DNA of 64,000 bases from an uncultured Pelagibacteraceae bacterium (lineage in GTDB: Bacteria; Pseudomonadota; Alphaproteobacteria; Pelagibacterales; AG-422-B15). Positions 28,942 through 39,645 of this stretch are shown here, piece by piece; the first letter of the stretch is position 1, and every line of letters starts with the position of its first letter. The notes under the pieces are model-generated. The model saw only the letters and a program-made list of their open reading frames with translations. It did no database searches and was not told the DNA's origin. The DNA is taken from the NCBI GenBank assembly GCA_902611715.1, contig CACMAQ010000001.1:26720-90719 (forward strand), given 5' to 3'. The position numbers and the translations under genes were made by a program.

Positions 28942-28982
28942 TTTGTTGACACAAAAACTGACAGCATATTATCTTTGTTTAA

Positions 28983-30053
28983 ATGTTGGCAAAGATGAGT
29001 ATCCTTATTTGTTTGTTTTTTTTTAATGCAATAAGTTTCATTCATGCATATGAAGTTTCACCGGGTATTTTGAGAACTCCTGATACACAATTTGAAAATT
29101 TAGAAGATTATCCATTTGATCCAAATTATATTGAAATTGATGGTTTAAGAATTCACTACCTCGATGAAGGACCAAAAGATAGTGACCCAATTTTCCTTCT
29201 TCATGGCTTACCAACTTGGAGCTATCTATTTCGAACAATGATACCGGTGTTAACTGACGCAGGTCATAGAGTTATTGTTCCTGACCTAGTAGGATTTGGA
29301 AAGTCAGATAAATTTATTTCTAAATATGACTATAGTTATGAGTTTCATATCAACACCATGAAGGCGTTGGTGGAACAACTTGATTTAGGAGAAGCTACAT
29401 TCTTTGGACAAGATTGGGGAGGCATGATTGGACTTAGGGTTGTAGCTGAGATGCCTGATCGTTTTGCAAGAGTTGTTGTTTCAAATACAGGCATGGCTGC
29501 TAGAGATGGAATAACTGCATGGCTATTTGAAAATTTTGTTAAGTTTATGGTCTGGTGGAATGGAGCGGTCACTTTTGAGGAACTTAAAACAGCTGCTGAT
29601 AAAGCACTAATGTTGGAAGAGCCATCACCGCTTGAAGGTATGAGAATGTTTTCAAAATGGATTGCACACTCGTATTACTCGGATGATATGGATGTATCAG
29701 GAATTATTTCTACCTTTGGGCGTTTAGAGCTATCTGATGAGCAGATTAGAGCTTATGAGGCTCCGTATCCTTCAGGTCAATATAAAGCAGGAGCTCATGT
29801 AATGGCTTATTTTACACCAACACAATTATCCGAGAATGAGAAATACTGGAAAGATGTTTATGAAAAATGGGATAAACCTTTTCTTGTGGCGTTTGGAGGT
29901 AATGAACGAATAACAATAACTATGAAGGAAGATTTTTTGACTAGGATACCGAACCCAACTGTTGTTTCTTTGGAAGGAGTTGGACATTTCTGCCAAGAAG
30001 AGGCCGGTCCTCAACTAGCAAACTTAATAAATGATTTTATTCTAAAAAACTAG
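28983..30053 (+). CDS. Haloalkane dehalogenase-like alpha/beta hydrolase (DhlA/HLD-I-like) with N-terminal signal peptide
   Basis: HGLPTWSYLFRTMIPVL, GQDWGG (nucleophile Asp followed by Trp) and VGHFCQEE (catalytic His) parallel Xanthobacter DhlA, recalled from memory. The hydrophobic N-terminus is MLAKMSILICLFFFNAISFIHA. Confidence 0.7.
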   Translation: MLAKMSILICLFFFNAISFIHAYEVSPGILRTPDTQFENLEDYPFDPNYIEIDGLRIHYLDEGPKDSDPIFLLHGLPTWSYLFRTMIPVLTDAGHRVIVPDLVGFGKSDKFISKYDYSYEFHINTMKALVEQLDLGEATFFGQDWGGMIGLRVVAEMPDRFARVVVSNTGMAARDGITAWLFENFVKFMVWWNGAVTFEELKTAADKALMLEEPSPLEGMRMFSKWIAHSYYSDDMDVSGIISTFGRLELSDEQIRAYEAPYPSGQYKAGAHVMAYFTPTQLSENEKYWKDVYEKWDKPFLVAFGGNERITITMKEDFLTRIPNPTVVSLEGVGHFCQEEAGPQLANLINDFILKN

Positions 30054-30107
30054 AAAATATAAAATTTATACCTATTATAAATTAAACTTTTATTTAAAAT
30101 TAAACGT

Positions 30108-30788
30108 ATGACAGTAACTTTAAGATCAGATGGAGATGTTTCAATCATTCAAATGGATGATGGAAAAGTTAATGTATTCTCTCCTGATATGATAAAAAAT
30201 TTTAGTGAAATATTAGATCAAGTCCCAACTGATAAAGGGTCTGTTTTAATAGCGGGTCGAGAAGGGATGTTTTCTGCTGGATTTGATTTAAAAGTTATGA
30301 TGTCAAGTCCAGAAAATGCAGCTGATATGGTTAAAAGTGGTTTTAACTTATTATTAAAAATCTTTACTTTTCCAAGACCGATTATTGCGGCTTGCAGCGG
30401 ACATGCAATCGCGCTTGGTGCTTTTTTACTTTGTAGTTGTGATCACCGTATAGGAATTAAAGGTGACTTTAAAATTGGAGCTAACGAATTACGAAATAAT
30501 ATGATTATTCCAACACCAATACTTGAACTTGCAAAATTTAAATTGACAAAACCGCACAAGCAGAGAGCTCTATTAAATGCGGAAATGTATTCAATAGAAG
30601 ATGCTATTGCTCCAGGTTATTTAGATGAAGTAACTGAACATGAAAAGTTAATGGAGCTTGCATTAGCTAAAGCAAAAGATTTGGCAACACTCGCTCATCC
30701 ACAATATCAGCAAACCAAAAAACTCGACCAGGAAGATGTAGCAGCAAAAATAAGTGCTGGTATAGATACCTTAGGAGCAATAAACTAA
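30108..30788 (+). CDS. Enoyl-CoA hydratase/isomerase (crotonase) family protein
   Basis: 226 aa with crotonase-fold motifs (FSAGFDLK, GHAIALGAFLL). Confidence 0.75.
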   Translation: MTVTLRSDGDVSIIQMDDGKVNVFSPDMIKNFSEILDQVPTDKGSVLIAGREGMFSAGFDLKVMMSSPENAADMVKSGFNLLLKIFTFPRPIIAACSGHAIALGAFLLCSCDHRIGIKGDFKIGANELRNNMIIPTPILELAKFKLTKPHKQRALLNAEMYSIEDAIAPGYLDEVTEHEKLMELALAKAKDLATLAHPQYQQTKKLDQEDVAAKISAGIDTLGAIN

Positions 30789-30871
30789 GTAAAATCAATG
30801 TATTTTACTGAAACTCTAGTATTTTACTTTATTTAGTACTATAAAGCCCGCAAAACGAATATTTAAAAAAT

Positions 30872-32251
30872 ATGAAGAAATGGTCTGTTAACAGTTGGAG
30901 AAATTACGAGGCTAAGCATTTGCCAGAGTATCCAGATGTGAAGAAATTAGAAAAAACTGAGGATCAGTTAAGATCTTACCCGCCGCTTGTTTTTGCAGGT
31001 GAAGCAAGAGATTTAAAAAGGAATCTTGCTGAAGTTTCAGAGGGTAAAGCATTTTTGCTGCAAGGTGGTGATTGTGCAGAAAGTTTTGATGATTTCAATG
31101 CAGATTATATAAGAGATACATTTAAAGTATTATTGCAAATGTCAGTCACATTAACTGCTGCAGGTAATTGCCCTGTCGTAAAAGTTGGAAGAATGGCAGG
31201 TCAGTTTGCAAAACCGCGAAGTGCACCAAAAGAAGAAATAGATGGCGTTGAGTTAGATAGTTATAAGGGCGACATTATAAATGATATGGATTTTAATGAA
31301 GATGCGAGAGTTCCTGATCCTGATCGCATGATCAGAGCATATACTCAATCAGCCGCTACACTTAATTTATTGAGAGCTTTTGCTAAAGGTGGATTCTCAG
31401 ATTTAAATAAAGTTCATCAATGGAATATGGGATTTGTAGATGAAAGTTCTCAAGGAAAGAAATTTAGAGAACTAGCGAATAAAATCTCGGACACACTATC
31501 TTTTATGGAAGCTATTGGAATTTCTTCAAGAAACACAAAACGTCTAAGAAGCGTTGACTTCTTTACAAGTCACGAGGCTTTATTGCTTCCTTATGAAGAA
31601 TGTCTGACACGACTAGATAGTACATCAGGTGAGGTTTATGACACATCAGCCCACATGGTTTGGATTGGTGATCGAACCAGACAGCCTGACGGAGCACATG
31701 TAGAATTTTGCAGAGGGATTAAAAATCCAATTGGAATTAAATGTGGACCATCTTTAGATCCTGAGGAATTGAAAAAGCTTCTTGATATTTTGAACCCTGA
31801 GAATGAGGCTGGAAAAATTACATTAATTTGTCGATTTGGTTCTGAGACTATTAATGAAAAGTTACCTAAGCTTATACAACCGTTTTTAAATTCAGATCAC
31901 AATTTAGTTTGGTCTTGTGATCCAATGCATGGCAACACCATGAAAGCTAATTCAGGTTTTAAAACGAGACCATTTGAAAGTGTTCTTAAAGAAGTTGAGA
32001 CATTTTTTGATATTCATCATCAAATGGGAACGTACCCAGGTGGAGTTCATTTAGAAATGACAGGTCAAAATGTAACTGAATGTATTGGTGGCGCTCAAGC
32101 CATTAAGGATGAAGATCTTTCAGCTAGATATCATACCCACTGTGACCCAAGGCTGAATGCAAATCAAGCACTTGAACTTGCATTTTTAATATCTGACAAG
32201 CTCAGAGAGTCCCAAGAACCAAATAATTCAAAAATTACGATTGCTAAGTAA
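30872..32251 (+). CDS. 3-deoxy-7-phosphoheptulonate (DAHP) synthase, class II
   Basis: 459 aa. The W..W.......Q.P.YPD N-terminus, [11 protein letters not shown] and KPRS blocks are typical of plant-type class II DAHPS. Confidence 0.85.
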   Translation: MKKWSVNSWRNYEAKHLPEYPDVKKLEKTEDQLRSYPPLVFAGEARDLKRNLAEVSEGKAFLLQGGDCAESFDDFNADYIRDTFKVLLQMSVTLTAAGNCPVVKVGRMAGQFAKPRSAPKEEIDGVELDSYKGDIINDMDFNEDARVPDPDRMIRAYTQSAATLNLLRAFAKGGFSDLNKVHQWNMGFVDESSQGKKFRELANKISDTLSFMEAIGISSRNTKRLRSVDFFTSHEALLLPYEECLTRLDSTSGEVYDTSAHMVWIGDRTRQPDGAHVEFCRGIKNPIGIKCGPSLDPEELKKLLDILNPENEAGKITLICRFGSETINEKLPKLIQPFLNSDHNLVWSCDPMHGNTMKANSGFKTRPFESVLKEVETFFDIHHQMGTYPGGVHLEMTGQNVTECIGGAQAIKDEDLSARYHTHCDPRLNANQALELAFLISDKLRESQEPNNSKITIAK

Positions 32252-32286
32252 TTGCGACTAAATTATTTAGTTGTAAGATCAGTCAA

Positions 32287-33936
32287 ATGACAGAAAAAAC
32301 CTCCATATTAATTGTTCAGTCCAACCCACAAGTGGGAAATATTTACAAAAATAAGCAAATTGTGATTGATCATATTGAAAGCAACAAATCTGATCTCATA
32401 ATTTTCTCTGAATTAGTGCTTACAGGTTACCCACCAGAAGATTTGGTTTTGAAACCAGCTTTTATGGAAAAAGTTAACAATGCAATTTCAGATATTTTGA
32501 ATTCTTCTAAAAATAGTAAATCAACTATAATTATAGGCACTCCTTTTTTGGAAGAGAGCAAACTGTTCAATACAGCTCTTGTAATTAATAAGGGTAAGAT
32601 CTTACATAAACATCATAAAATGGCTTTGCCAAACTATGGGGTATTTGATGAAAAAAGAATTTTCTCAAATGGAGAGCAAGTCAGCATAATCGAATTTAAT
32701 GGAATTAAATTGGGTCTATTTATTTGTGAGGACATATGGGTGAACGATACAATTGTTGAGATAGATAAAAATGAAATTGATTTGGCGGTATCATTAAACG
32801 CATCCCCATTTGATATAAATAAAATTGAGGAAAGAGAAAAAAAGGCACTCAGTTTTGCAAACTCTATTGATGCTCCTTTAATTTATGTAAATCAAGTTGG
32901 AGGTCAGGATGAGATTGTTTTTGACGGATCTTCCTTCTTATGTGATCCAAAAAAGGTAATTTCTAGATTTAAATACTGCGTTGAAGAAAGCAGGGAATAT
33001 ACATTCAACCTCAATACTAAGACTTTTGATATTGAAGAAGAGGCACCTCTCGTTAGTGACAAGCACGATATTGTCTATTCCAATCTTATGCTTGGGCTAA
33101 GAGACTATGTTGAAAAAAATAAATTTCCAGGAGTTGTCATTGGCATTTCAGGAGGCATAGACAGTGCATTTAGCGCTGTTGTCGCAACCGATGCATTAGG
33201 ACCTGATAGAGTAAAAGGCATTTTAATGCCATCCCAGTTTACAAGCGAGGAAAGTAATGAGGATGCAAATCAGCTAGGTAAAAAATTAGGTATCGAGTTA
33301 ATAAGTGTTTCTATAAAAGATATCGTGAATTCATACGATAGCACTCTTTCAAATTTATTCGCGGGTAAAGAAAAAGATATTACTGAAGAAAATATTCAAT
33401 CAAGAACCAGAGGCGCAATATTGATGGCTTATTCAAACAAGTTTGGCCATATGGTAGTTACTAATGGCAATAAATCAGAAGTCTCAGTTGGATATTCAAC
33501 TTTATACGGAGATATGTGTGGGGGGTTTTCAGTAGTTAAGGATATTTATAAATCTGATTTATATAAACTTTCCGAATGGAGAAACGAAAATCTTCCATCA
33601 TTTTCAGCAATTAAAGCAAAGGAAGTTATTCCTAAAAATATTATAACAAAAGAGCCCACTGCTGAACTTAAAGAGGATCAGAAAGATAGTGATTCCCTTC
33701 CGCCCTATGATGTCTTGGATAAAATTTTGTACTTACTTGTTGAAAAAGAAAGTTCAATTAACGAGATTATTTCGAAAGGTTATGAGCCAAGCTTGGTTAC
33801 AAAAGTTCAGAATTTGCTTTATAATTCTGAATATAAAAGACGACAAGCTGCTCCGGGTGTAAAAATTTCAGAGAGAAATTTTGGGTATGACAGACGATAC
33901 CCAATAACTAATGCATTCAGAGATAAGGAAAAATAG
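32287..33936 (+). CDS. nadE: Glutamine-dependent NAD+ synthetase
   Basis: 549 aa with an N-terminal nitrilase/CN-hydrolase domain plus a C-terminal NAD synthetase domain carrying the SGGIDS PP-loop. Confidence 0.85.
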   Translation: MTEKTSILIVQSNPQVGNIYKNKQIVIDHIESNKSDLIIFSELVLTGYPPEDLVLKPAFMEKVNNAISDILNSSKNSKSTIIIGTPFLEESKLFNTALVINKGKILHKHHKMALPNYGVFDEKRIFSNGEQVSIIEFNGIKLGLFICEDIWVNDTIVEIDKNEIDLAVSLNASPFDINKIEEREKKALSFANSIDAPLIYVNQVGGQDEIVFDGSSFLCDPKKVISRFKYCVEESREYTFNLNTKTFDIEEEAPLVSDKHDIVYSNLMLGLRDYVEKNKFPGVVIGISGGIDSAFSAVVATDALGPDRVKGILMPSQFTSEESNEDANQLGKKLGIELISVSIKDIVNSYDSTLSNLFAGKEKDITEENIQSRTRGAILMAYSNKFGHMVVTNGNKSEVSVGYSTLYGDMCGGFSVVKDIYKSDLYKLSEWRNENLPSFSAIKAKEVIPKNIITKEPTAELKEDQKDSDSLPPYDVLDKILYLLVEKESSINEIISKGYEPSLVTKVQNLLYNSEYKRRQAAPGVKISERNFGYDRRYPITNAFRDKEK

Positions 33937-35265
33937 ATGGCAACGATAACAAGATTTGCGCCTAGTCCAACAGGATTATTGCACTTGGGCAATATCAGAA
34001 CAGCCCTCATAAATTGGTTGTATGCTAAAAATAGTGGTGGAAAATTTATTCTTCGAATTGATGATACCGATCAAGAGAGGTCAAAAGATGAATACATTTC
34101 TCAAATAAAATACGATTTGGAGTGGCTGGGAATAGACTATGACGAGACTTTTAATCAGTCTTCTAGATTTGAAAGATATAAAGAGCAATTCGAAAAATTA
34201 AAATCTGATGGCAGAATATATGCTTGCTATGAAACTCCTGAAGAACTTGAGAGAAAAAGAAAGCTTCAGATGGCTGCCGGTGGAAAGCAAGTGTATGACC
34301 GTTCTGCATTAAAATTAACGGAGCAACAAATTAAAGATTATGAGAATGATGGAAGAAAACCTCATTGGCGATTTCTTCTTCAAACAGAGCGCATGAAATG
34401 GAATGATTTATTAAAGGGTGAAATTGATATTGATTTAACGAGCTTATCAGATCCTGTTTTATTTCGAGAAGATGGTGTTCCACTTTATACATTCAGTTCA
34501 GCTGTAGATGATGTTGATTACAACATTACTAATGTAATTAGAGGGGATGATCACACTAGTAATACCGCTGTACAAATTGAAATCATAAATGCATTGGATG
34601 AAAATAAAATTTCATTTGCACATCATGCCCTTTTAAAGGCATCTACAGGAGACAAACTATCAAAAAGAGACAATGTAATATCAATCGATAGTTTCAGAAA
34701 AGATAATATTGAGCCCATCTCAATTCTCAGCTTACTAGCAACGATTGGAACTTCAAATTCTATTGAACTAAAGAGTGGGATAAAACAAATCATTGACGAA
34801 TTTAAACTTGAGACAATTTCAACATCACCAGGACGTATTGAAATTGATGTCCTAAAGGCGCTTAACAAAAAACAAGTCCAAAAATTTGATTATGAGGAAA
34901 TTCAATCAAGACTTACTGAGATTGATGAAAATGTTGATAAAAAGTTTTGGGACACCATAAAAGGTAATTTGGAAACTGTTGAAGAAATATCTTCTTGGAC
35001 TGACATTGTGTTTAACAGTAAGCCTGCTGAGTCTGATGATAAAGATTACATAAAATTAGCATTAGAGTTAATGCCAGCGGAACCGTGGGATGATGATACT
35101 TGGACCATATGGACGAATGCCATAAAAGAAAAAACAGGACGCAAGGGCAAAGAACTGTTTCTTCCATTGCGAGTAGCATTCACAGGACTGACACATGGTC
35201 CAGAAATGAAGCTTCTCATACAACTAATTGGTAGAGACAAAATTGTTGAGAGGATACAGACTTAA
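33937..35265 (+). CDS. gltX: Glutamyl-tRNA synthetase
   Basis: 442 aa. RFAPSPTGLLHLGNIRTAL carries the HIGH motif and KLSKR is the KMSKS-like motif. Confidence 0.85.
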   Translation: MATITRFAPSPTGLLHLGNIRTALINWLYAKNSGGKFILRIDDTDQERSKDEYISQIKYDLEWLGIDYDETFNQSSRFERYKEQFEKLKSDGRIYACYETPEELERKRKLQMAAGGKQVYDRSALKLTEQQIKDYENDGRKPHWRFLLQTERMKWNDLLKGEIDIDLTSLSDPVLFREDGVPLYTFSSAVDDVDYNITNVIRGDDHTSNTAVQIEIINALDENKISFAHHALLKASTGDKLSKRDNVISIDSFRKDNIEPISILSLLATIGTSNSIELKSGIKQIIDEFKLETISTSPGRIEIDVLKALNKKQVQKFDYEEIQSRLTEIDENVDKKFWDTIKGNLETVEEISSWTDIVFNSKPAESDDKDYIKLALELMPAEPWDDDTWTIWTNAIKEKTGRKGKELFLPLRVAFTGLTHGPEMKLLIQLIGRDKIVERIQT

Positions 35266-36630
35266 ATGGACTTGATGCTTTACGATACATTTACCAATTC
35301 AAAAAAGAAGTTTGAGCCAATTGATCCAAATAATGTGCGAATGTACGTTTGTGGGCCAACTGTTTACGATTATGCGCATGTAGGCAATGCTCGACCAGTT
35401 ATAGTGTTTGATATTTTATTTCGATTACTCCAAAAAATTTATGGCAGTGAAAATGTAACTTATGTAAGAAATATCACTGACGTTGATGATAAAATTATAC
35501 ACGCAGCAAATGATCAAAATGAAGACATTGGAATACTTACAGAAAAGACAATTAATTATTTTCATGACGATGCGAAATATATTGGTGCTTTAAAACCTAC
35601 ATTTGAGCCAAGAGCAACCGAACATATACCTGAGATGATCGAGTTGATAGAAAAACTCATATCAAAAGAGTTTGCATATGTATCGGATGGTAATGTTCTT
35701 TTTTCTTCAAATAAATTTAAAGAATATGGAAAACTCTCTGGCAAGAATTTAGATGAAATGGTTGCTGGTTCACGCGTAGGTGTAGAAAGTTATAAAAAAG
35801 AAGAGTCTGACTTTGTATTATGGAAACCTTCAAAAGAAGATGAGCCCAGTTGGAAAAGTCCATGGGGAGATGGGAGACCTGGCTGGCACATTGAATGCTC
35901 TGCAATGAGTGAAAAACTTTTGGGGGAAAATTTTGATATTCATGGAGGAGGCCAAGATTTAATATTTCCACATCATGAGAATGAAATTGCTCAAAGTGAG
36001 TGTGCAAATAATAACAAATTCGCAAATTATTGGGTTCACAATGGCTTTGTTACTGTTGAGGGTAATAAAATGTCAAAGTCTGATGGTAATTTTGTAACTG
36101 TAAATGAGTTAAAAGACAGTTTCCAAGGGGAAGTTATTAGGCTTACCATGATATCAACTCACTACAGACAACCTCTGAATTGGACCAAGGATAATCTCAA
36201 TGAAAGTAAAAAAACATTAGATAAATGGTACACATTCTTGAGTAATTTTAATGGTGATGAATTAAAAGATGCAAATAATGATAGTGAAATTATGGAAACA
36301 TTATTGGATGATATGAATACACCTAAAGCTATTAGCGTGCTTCATCAAAAATTTAAAGACTGCCAATCAGGGGATAAAGGCTTAGTAAGCAATTTTTTAT
36401 ATTCAGCAAATATGCTTGGACTTTTAAATGAAAAACCATCTGAATGGCTTTCCTGGAAAAAGGAAAATTTAAATATTAATGCCGCTCAAGTTGAGTTGCT
36501 TATTGCTCAAAGAAATGAGGCGCGATCAAACAAGAACTTTGATGATGCTGATAGGATCCGAGATGAATTAGACAAAATGGGAGTCATACTTGAAGATCAA
36601 GGTGGCGAAACAACTTGGAAAGTTAAGTAA
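35266..36630 (+). CDS. cysS: Cysteinyl-tRNA synthetase
   Basis: 454 aa with CGPTVYDYAHVGNARP, GWHIECS and KMSKS motifs. Confidence 0.9.
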   Translation: MDLMLYDTFTNSKKKFEPIDPNNVRMYVCGPTVYDYAHVGNARPVIVFDILFRLLQKIYGSENVTYVRNITDVDDKIIHAANDQNEDIGILTEKTINYFHDDAKYIGALKPTFEPRATEHIPEMIELIEKLISKEFAYVSDGNVLFSSNKFKEYGKLSGKNLDEMVAGSRVGVESYKKEESDFVLWKPSKEDEPSWKSPWGDGRPGWHIECSAMSEKLLGENFDIHGGGQDLIFPHHENEIAQSECANNNKFANYWVHNGFVTVEGNKMSKSDGNFVTVNELKDSFQGEVIRLTMISTHYRQPLNWTKDNLNESKKTLDKWYTFLSNFNGDELKDANNDSEIMETLLDDMNTPKAISVLHQKFKDCQSGDKGLVSNFLYSANMLGLLNEKPSEWLSWKKENLNINAAQVELLIAQRNEARSNKNFDDADRIRDELDKMGVILEDQGGETTWKVK

Positions 36631-38223
36631 GTGAAAGAAAAGTTATACATATTTGATACGACTCTTAGAGATGGAGCTCAAACTTACGGTGTTGATTTTA
36701 ATGTTGATGAAAAAAAACTTCTCGCAAAAAAATTAGATGAGCTTGGTGTTGACTATATTGAGGGTGGATGGCCAGGCGCAAACTCAACTGATACTAAGTT
36801 TTTTAATGAAGATTTAAAATTTAAAAACTCAATGTTTACTGCGTTTGGCATGACTAAAAAATCTGGTCGCAGCGCAGAAAATGATCCTGGTTTGGCTGCA
36901 ATGATAAATATTAATGCGCCTTCAGCATGTGTTGTTGGAAAATCTTGGGATTTCCATGTTGATCTTGCACTGGGAATTGCTAATGAGGAAAATTTAGAAA
37001 ATATTGGAGATTCAGTAAAATTTTTAGCAAAAACAAAAAAAGAAGTACATTTCGATGCTGAACATTTTTTTGATGGTTACAAATCTAATCCAAATTATGC
37101 AATTGAATGTCTTAAAGCTGCAAAGTCAAATGGTGCACGGTGGCTTGTTCTTTGTGATACGAATGGAGGAACTCTTCCGCATGAAGTTGAAGATATCGTA
37201 TCAAAAGTTTCTAAAGAAATTTCAGGAGATCATCTTGGAATTCATGCACATAATGACACAGGTAATGCAGTCGCCAATACTCTTGCTGCTGTGAGAGCAG
37301 GTGCAAGACAGGTTCAGGGCACGATAAACGGCTTAGGTGAAAGATGTGGAAATGCTAATCTAATTTCACTACTGCCAACATTTGCTTTTAAAAAAGAATT
37401 TGAAAATAAATTTGACTTATCAATTAATAAACAACAACTTAATCTTTTAACCGAGCTTTCAAGGCTCCTTGATGAAATCTTAAACAGAGTCCCAAATCGT
37501 ACAGCACCTTATGTTGGCTCTTCTGCTTTTGCACATAAGGGTGGATTACATGTTTCTGCGGTTAACAAAGATCCAAAGACTTACGAACACATCAATCCTG
37601 AACTTGTGGGCAATCAAAGGCAAATTATCATTTCTGAACAATCAGGAAAATCTAATATTTTATCAAAATTAAAATCAGCAGGAATAGAAGTTAATGAAGA
37701 CGATAAGACAATTCAAAAAATCTTAGATCGAGTAAAAGAAAGAGAATTTAATGGATATTCTTATGATGGTGCTGATGCTTCTTTTGAAATTCTTGTTAAT
37801 AAAGTACTTGGAAAAATGCCAGAATACTTTGATGTAATCAGTTTTAATGTGAATGTTCAAAATTCAGGTGAAGAGGGGGAGACCATGTCAGAAGCTTCTG
37901 TGAAATTAAAAATTGATAATGATGAAATAATTGGCACTGGTAAAGGAGTTGGTCCAGTCAATGCATTGGATAATGCTCTTCGAAATAATTTTAAGTCAAG
38001 CCGTTATGCTGAGTACATAAACGATTTATCATTAATTGATTATAAGGTTCGAATTCTCAATACGGGTACCGATGCGATAACTCGAGTTTCAATTGAAAGT
38101 TCAGATGCAAATATGAAAAGTTGGTACACGATAGGTGTTTCAGAAAATATTATTGAAGCATCTTTTAGAGCACTTATTGATAGTGTTGAATTTAAATTAA
38201 TGAAAGAACAAGTAAAAGTTTAA
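36631..38223 (+). CDS. cimA: Citramalate synthase / 2-isopropylmalate synthase family (CimA-like)
   Basis: 530 aa with a GTG start. DTTLRDGAQ, the HxH (HAHND) metal site and the C-terminal LeuA-type regulatory domain are present. The length and N-terminus favour CimA over LeuA. Confidence 0.65.
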   Translation: MKEKLYIFDTTLRDGAQTYGVDFNVDEKKLLAKKLDELGVDYIEGGWPGANSTDTKFFNEDLKFKNSMFTAFGMTKKSGRSAENDPGLAAMININAPSACVVGKSWDFHVDLALGIANEENLENIGDSVKFLAKTKKEVHFDAEHFFDGYKSNPNYAIECLKAAKSNGARWLVLCDTNGGTLPHEVEDIVSKVSKEISGDHLGIHAHNDTGNAVANTLAAVRAGARQVQGTINGLGERCGNANLISLLPTFAFKKEFENKFDLSINKQQLNLLTELSRLLDEILNRVPNRTAPYVGSSAFAHKGGLHVSAVNKDPKTYEHINPELVGNQRQIIISEQSGKSNILSKLKSAGIEVNEDDKTIQKILDRVKEREFNGYSYDGADASFEILVNKVLGKMPEYFDVISFNVNVQNSGEEGETMSEASVKLKIDNDEIIGTGKGVGPVNALDNALRNNFKSSRYAEYINDLSLIDYKVRILNTGTDAITRVSIESSDANMKSWYTIGVSENIIEASFRALIDSVEFKLMKEQVKV

Positions 38224-38229
38224 ATTCAA

Positions 38230-38967
38230 ATGAATTTTGATAAAATTTCAGTTATTCTTGTTGATACACAATTACCTGAAAATGTCGGCCTTGTTGCTCG
38301 CTCTATGTACAATTTCGGTTTCACTAATTTAAAACTGGTATCGCCTAAACTCGAATGGCCATCAGAAAAAGCTCTTGCTGTAGCTGTTGATGCTAAGAAC
38401 ATAGTTGAAAATATCATAGTATATAGCTCTCTCCGAGAGGCGTTGAGTGATACCAATTATTCGATTGGCTACACAGCACGTCTAAGAGATATGAGTAAAC
38501 AATTTAGTGAAAATTTTAAAATTATTAGTGAAATAAAAGAGCAAAAAATTAATGATAGTATCGGCGTTGTTTTTGGCGGCGAAGCTTCGGGACTTACAAA
38601 TGATCATTTGTCACTTATAACAAAATGTGTGACTATTGATACGCATGAAAATTTTTCATCTCTTAATTTATCTCATGCAGTCAATGTATTTTGTTATTCA
38701 TTATTTTCTAAAGTATTTAAAACGGAGCAGTTAGTTGATAAGAATTCTGAGCCTCATGGAAGTCAGAATGATCTGATGTATTTTTTTGACCATTTAGAAG
38801 AAGAGCTTGAATCTAGAGGTTTTTTTCAACCTGAAGAAAAAATGCCAAAAATGAAGCAAAACTTAAGAAATATCTTTCATCGTGCTGATCTCAGTGAACG
38901 TGAGATAGCAACACTTAGAGGAGTTGTGACAGTGCTTACAGAATATAGAAAAACTAAGGAAATTTAG
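38230..38967 (+). CDS. SpoU/TrmH-family RNA 2'-O-methyltransferase (TrmJ/LasT-like)
   Basis: 245 aa with an SPOUT-fold pattern ([26 protein letters not shown]). Confidence 0.65.
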   Translation: MNFDKISVILVDTQLPENVGLVARSMYNFGFTNLKLVSPKLEWPSEKALAVAVDAKNIVENIIVYSSLREALSDTNYSIGYTARLRDMSKQFSENFKIISEIKEQKINDSIGVVFGGEASGLTNDHLSLITKCVTIDTHENFSSLNLSHAVNVFCYSLFSKVFKTEQLVDKNSEPHGSQNDLMYFFDHLEEELESRGFFQPEEKMPKMKQNLRNIFHRADLSEREIATLRGVVTVLTEYRKTKEI

Positions 38968-38976
38968 CTTTCAGGT

Positions 38977-39004
38977 TTGACATTGGCGAGGAAACCAGTA
39001 TAAA
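38977..39004 (+). promoter_or_regulatory. Putative sigma-70 promoter for rpsD
   Basis: TTGACA (38977-82), a 16-nt spacer, then TATAAA (38999-39004), 16 nt upstream of the rpsD ATG. The hexamers are near-consensus. Confidence 0.45.
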
Positions 39005-39020
39005 CCACGGATCATCAAAT

Positions 39021-39638
39021 ATGACAAAAAGAGTTGCACAAAAACATAAAATAGACAGACGTCTGAGTGTTAACCTATGGGGCAGACCAAAAAGCCCATT
39101 CAACCTAAGAAAATACAGACCCGGCCAGCATGGACAAAAGCATACAGGTAAATTGTCTGATTATGGCGTTCAATTAAATGCTAAACAAAAGCTAAAAGGT
39201 TATTATGGAAACCTCAACGAAAGACAATTCCGTAATTGTTATAAAGAGGCTATTAGACAAAAGGGTGACTCAGGTGAAAACTTAATTGCTATTTTAGAAC
39301 GCAGACTTGATACTATTGTTTATCGGTCAAAGTTTGTACCAACTGTATTTGCTGCTAGACAATTTATTAATCATGGGCATGTCAAAGTTAATGGAAAAAG
39401 AGTTAATATTGCAAGCTGTCTTCTTAAAGAAGGTGATGTTGTCGAAGTCAAAGATAAATCAAAAGAGATGGCGTTAGTAGTCGAGTCAATGAAAAGCCAG
39501 GAAAGAGACATCCCAGGATACATCACAGTTGATGAAAAAAAATGTTCTTCTACTTTTGTAAGGACACCTCAGTTTGCTGAAGTTCCATATGCAACTCAAA
39601 TGGATCCAAAACTAGTTATCGAGTATTACTCTCGATAA
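39021..39638 (+). CDS. rpsD: 30S ribosomal protein S4
   Basis: 205 aa with the canonical S4 N-terminus and an S4 RNA-binding domain (RLDTIVYR...[13 protein letters not shown]). Confidence 0.95.
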   Translation: MTKRVAQKHKIDRRLSVNLWGRPKSPFNLRKYRPGQHGQKHTGKLSDYGVQLNAKQKLKGYYGNLNERQFRNCYKEAIRQKGDSGENLIAILERRLDTIVYRSKFVPTVFAARQFINHGHVKVNGKRVNIASCLLKEGDVVEVKDKSKEMALVVESMKSQERDIPGYITVDEKKCSSTFVRTPQFAEVPYATQMDPKLVIEYYSR

Positions 39639-39645
39639 TATTAAA

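Noticed and set aside
28946-28972. Promoter-like TTGACA-15 nt-TATTAT upstream of the dehalogenase gene
   Set aside because: The spacer is only 15 nt and the leader to ATG 28983 would be about 10 nt with no SD. AT-rich intergenic DNA produces such hexamers readily, so I did not list it as a feature.
30789-30828. AT-only hairpin GTAAAAT-caatgt-ATTTTAC and the direct repeat GTATTTTACT (30800-30809, 30819-30828) after the crotonase gene
   Set aside because: These are short, pure A/T elements that are expected by chance in a ~30% GC genome. At best this is a weak terminator.
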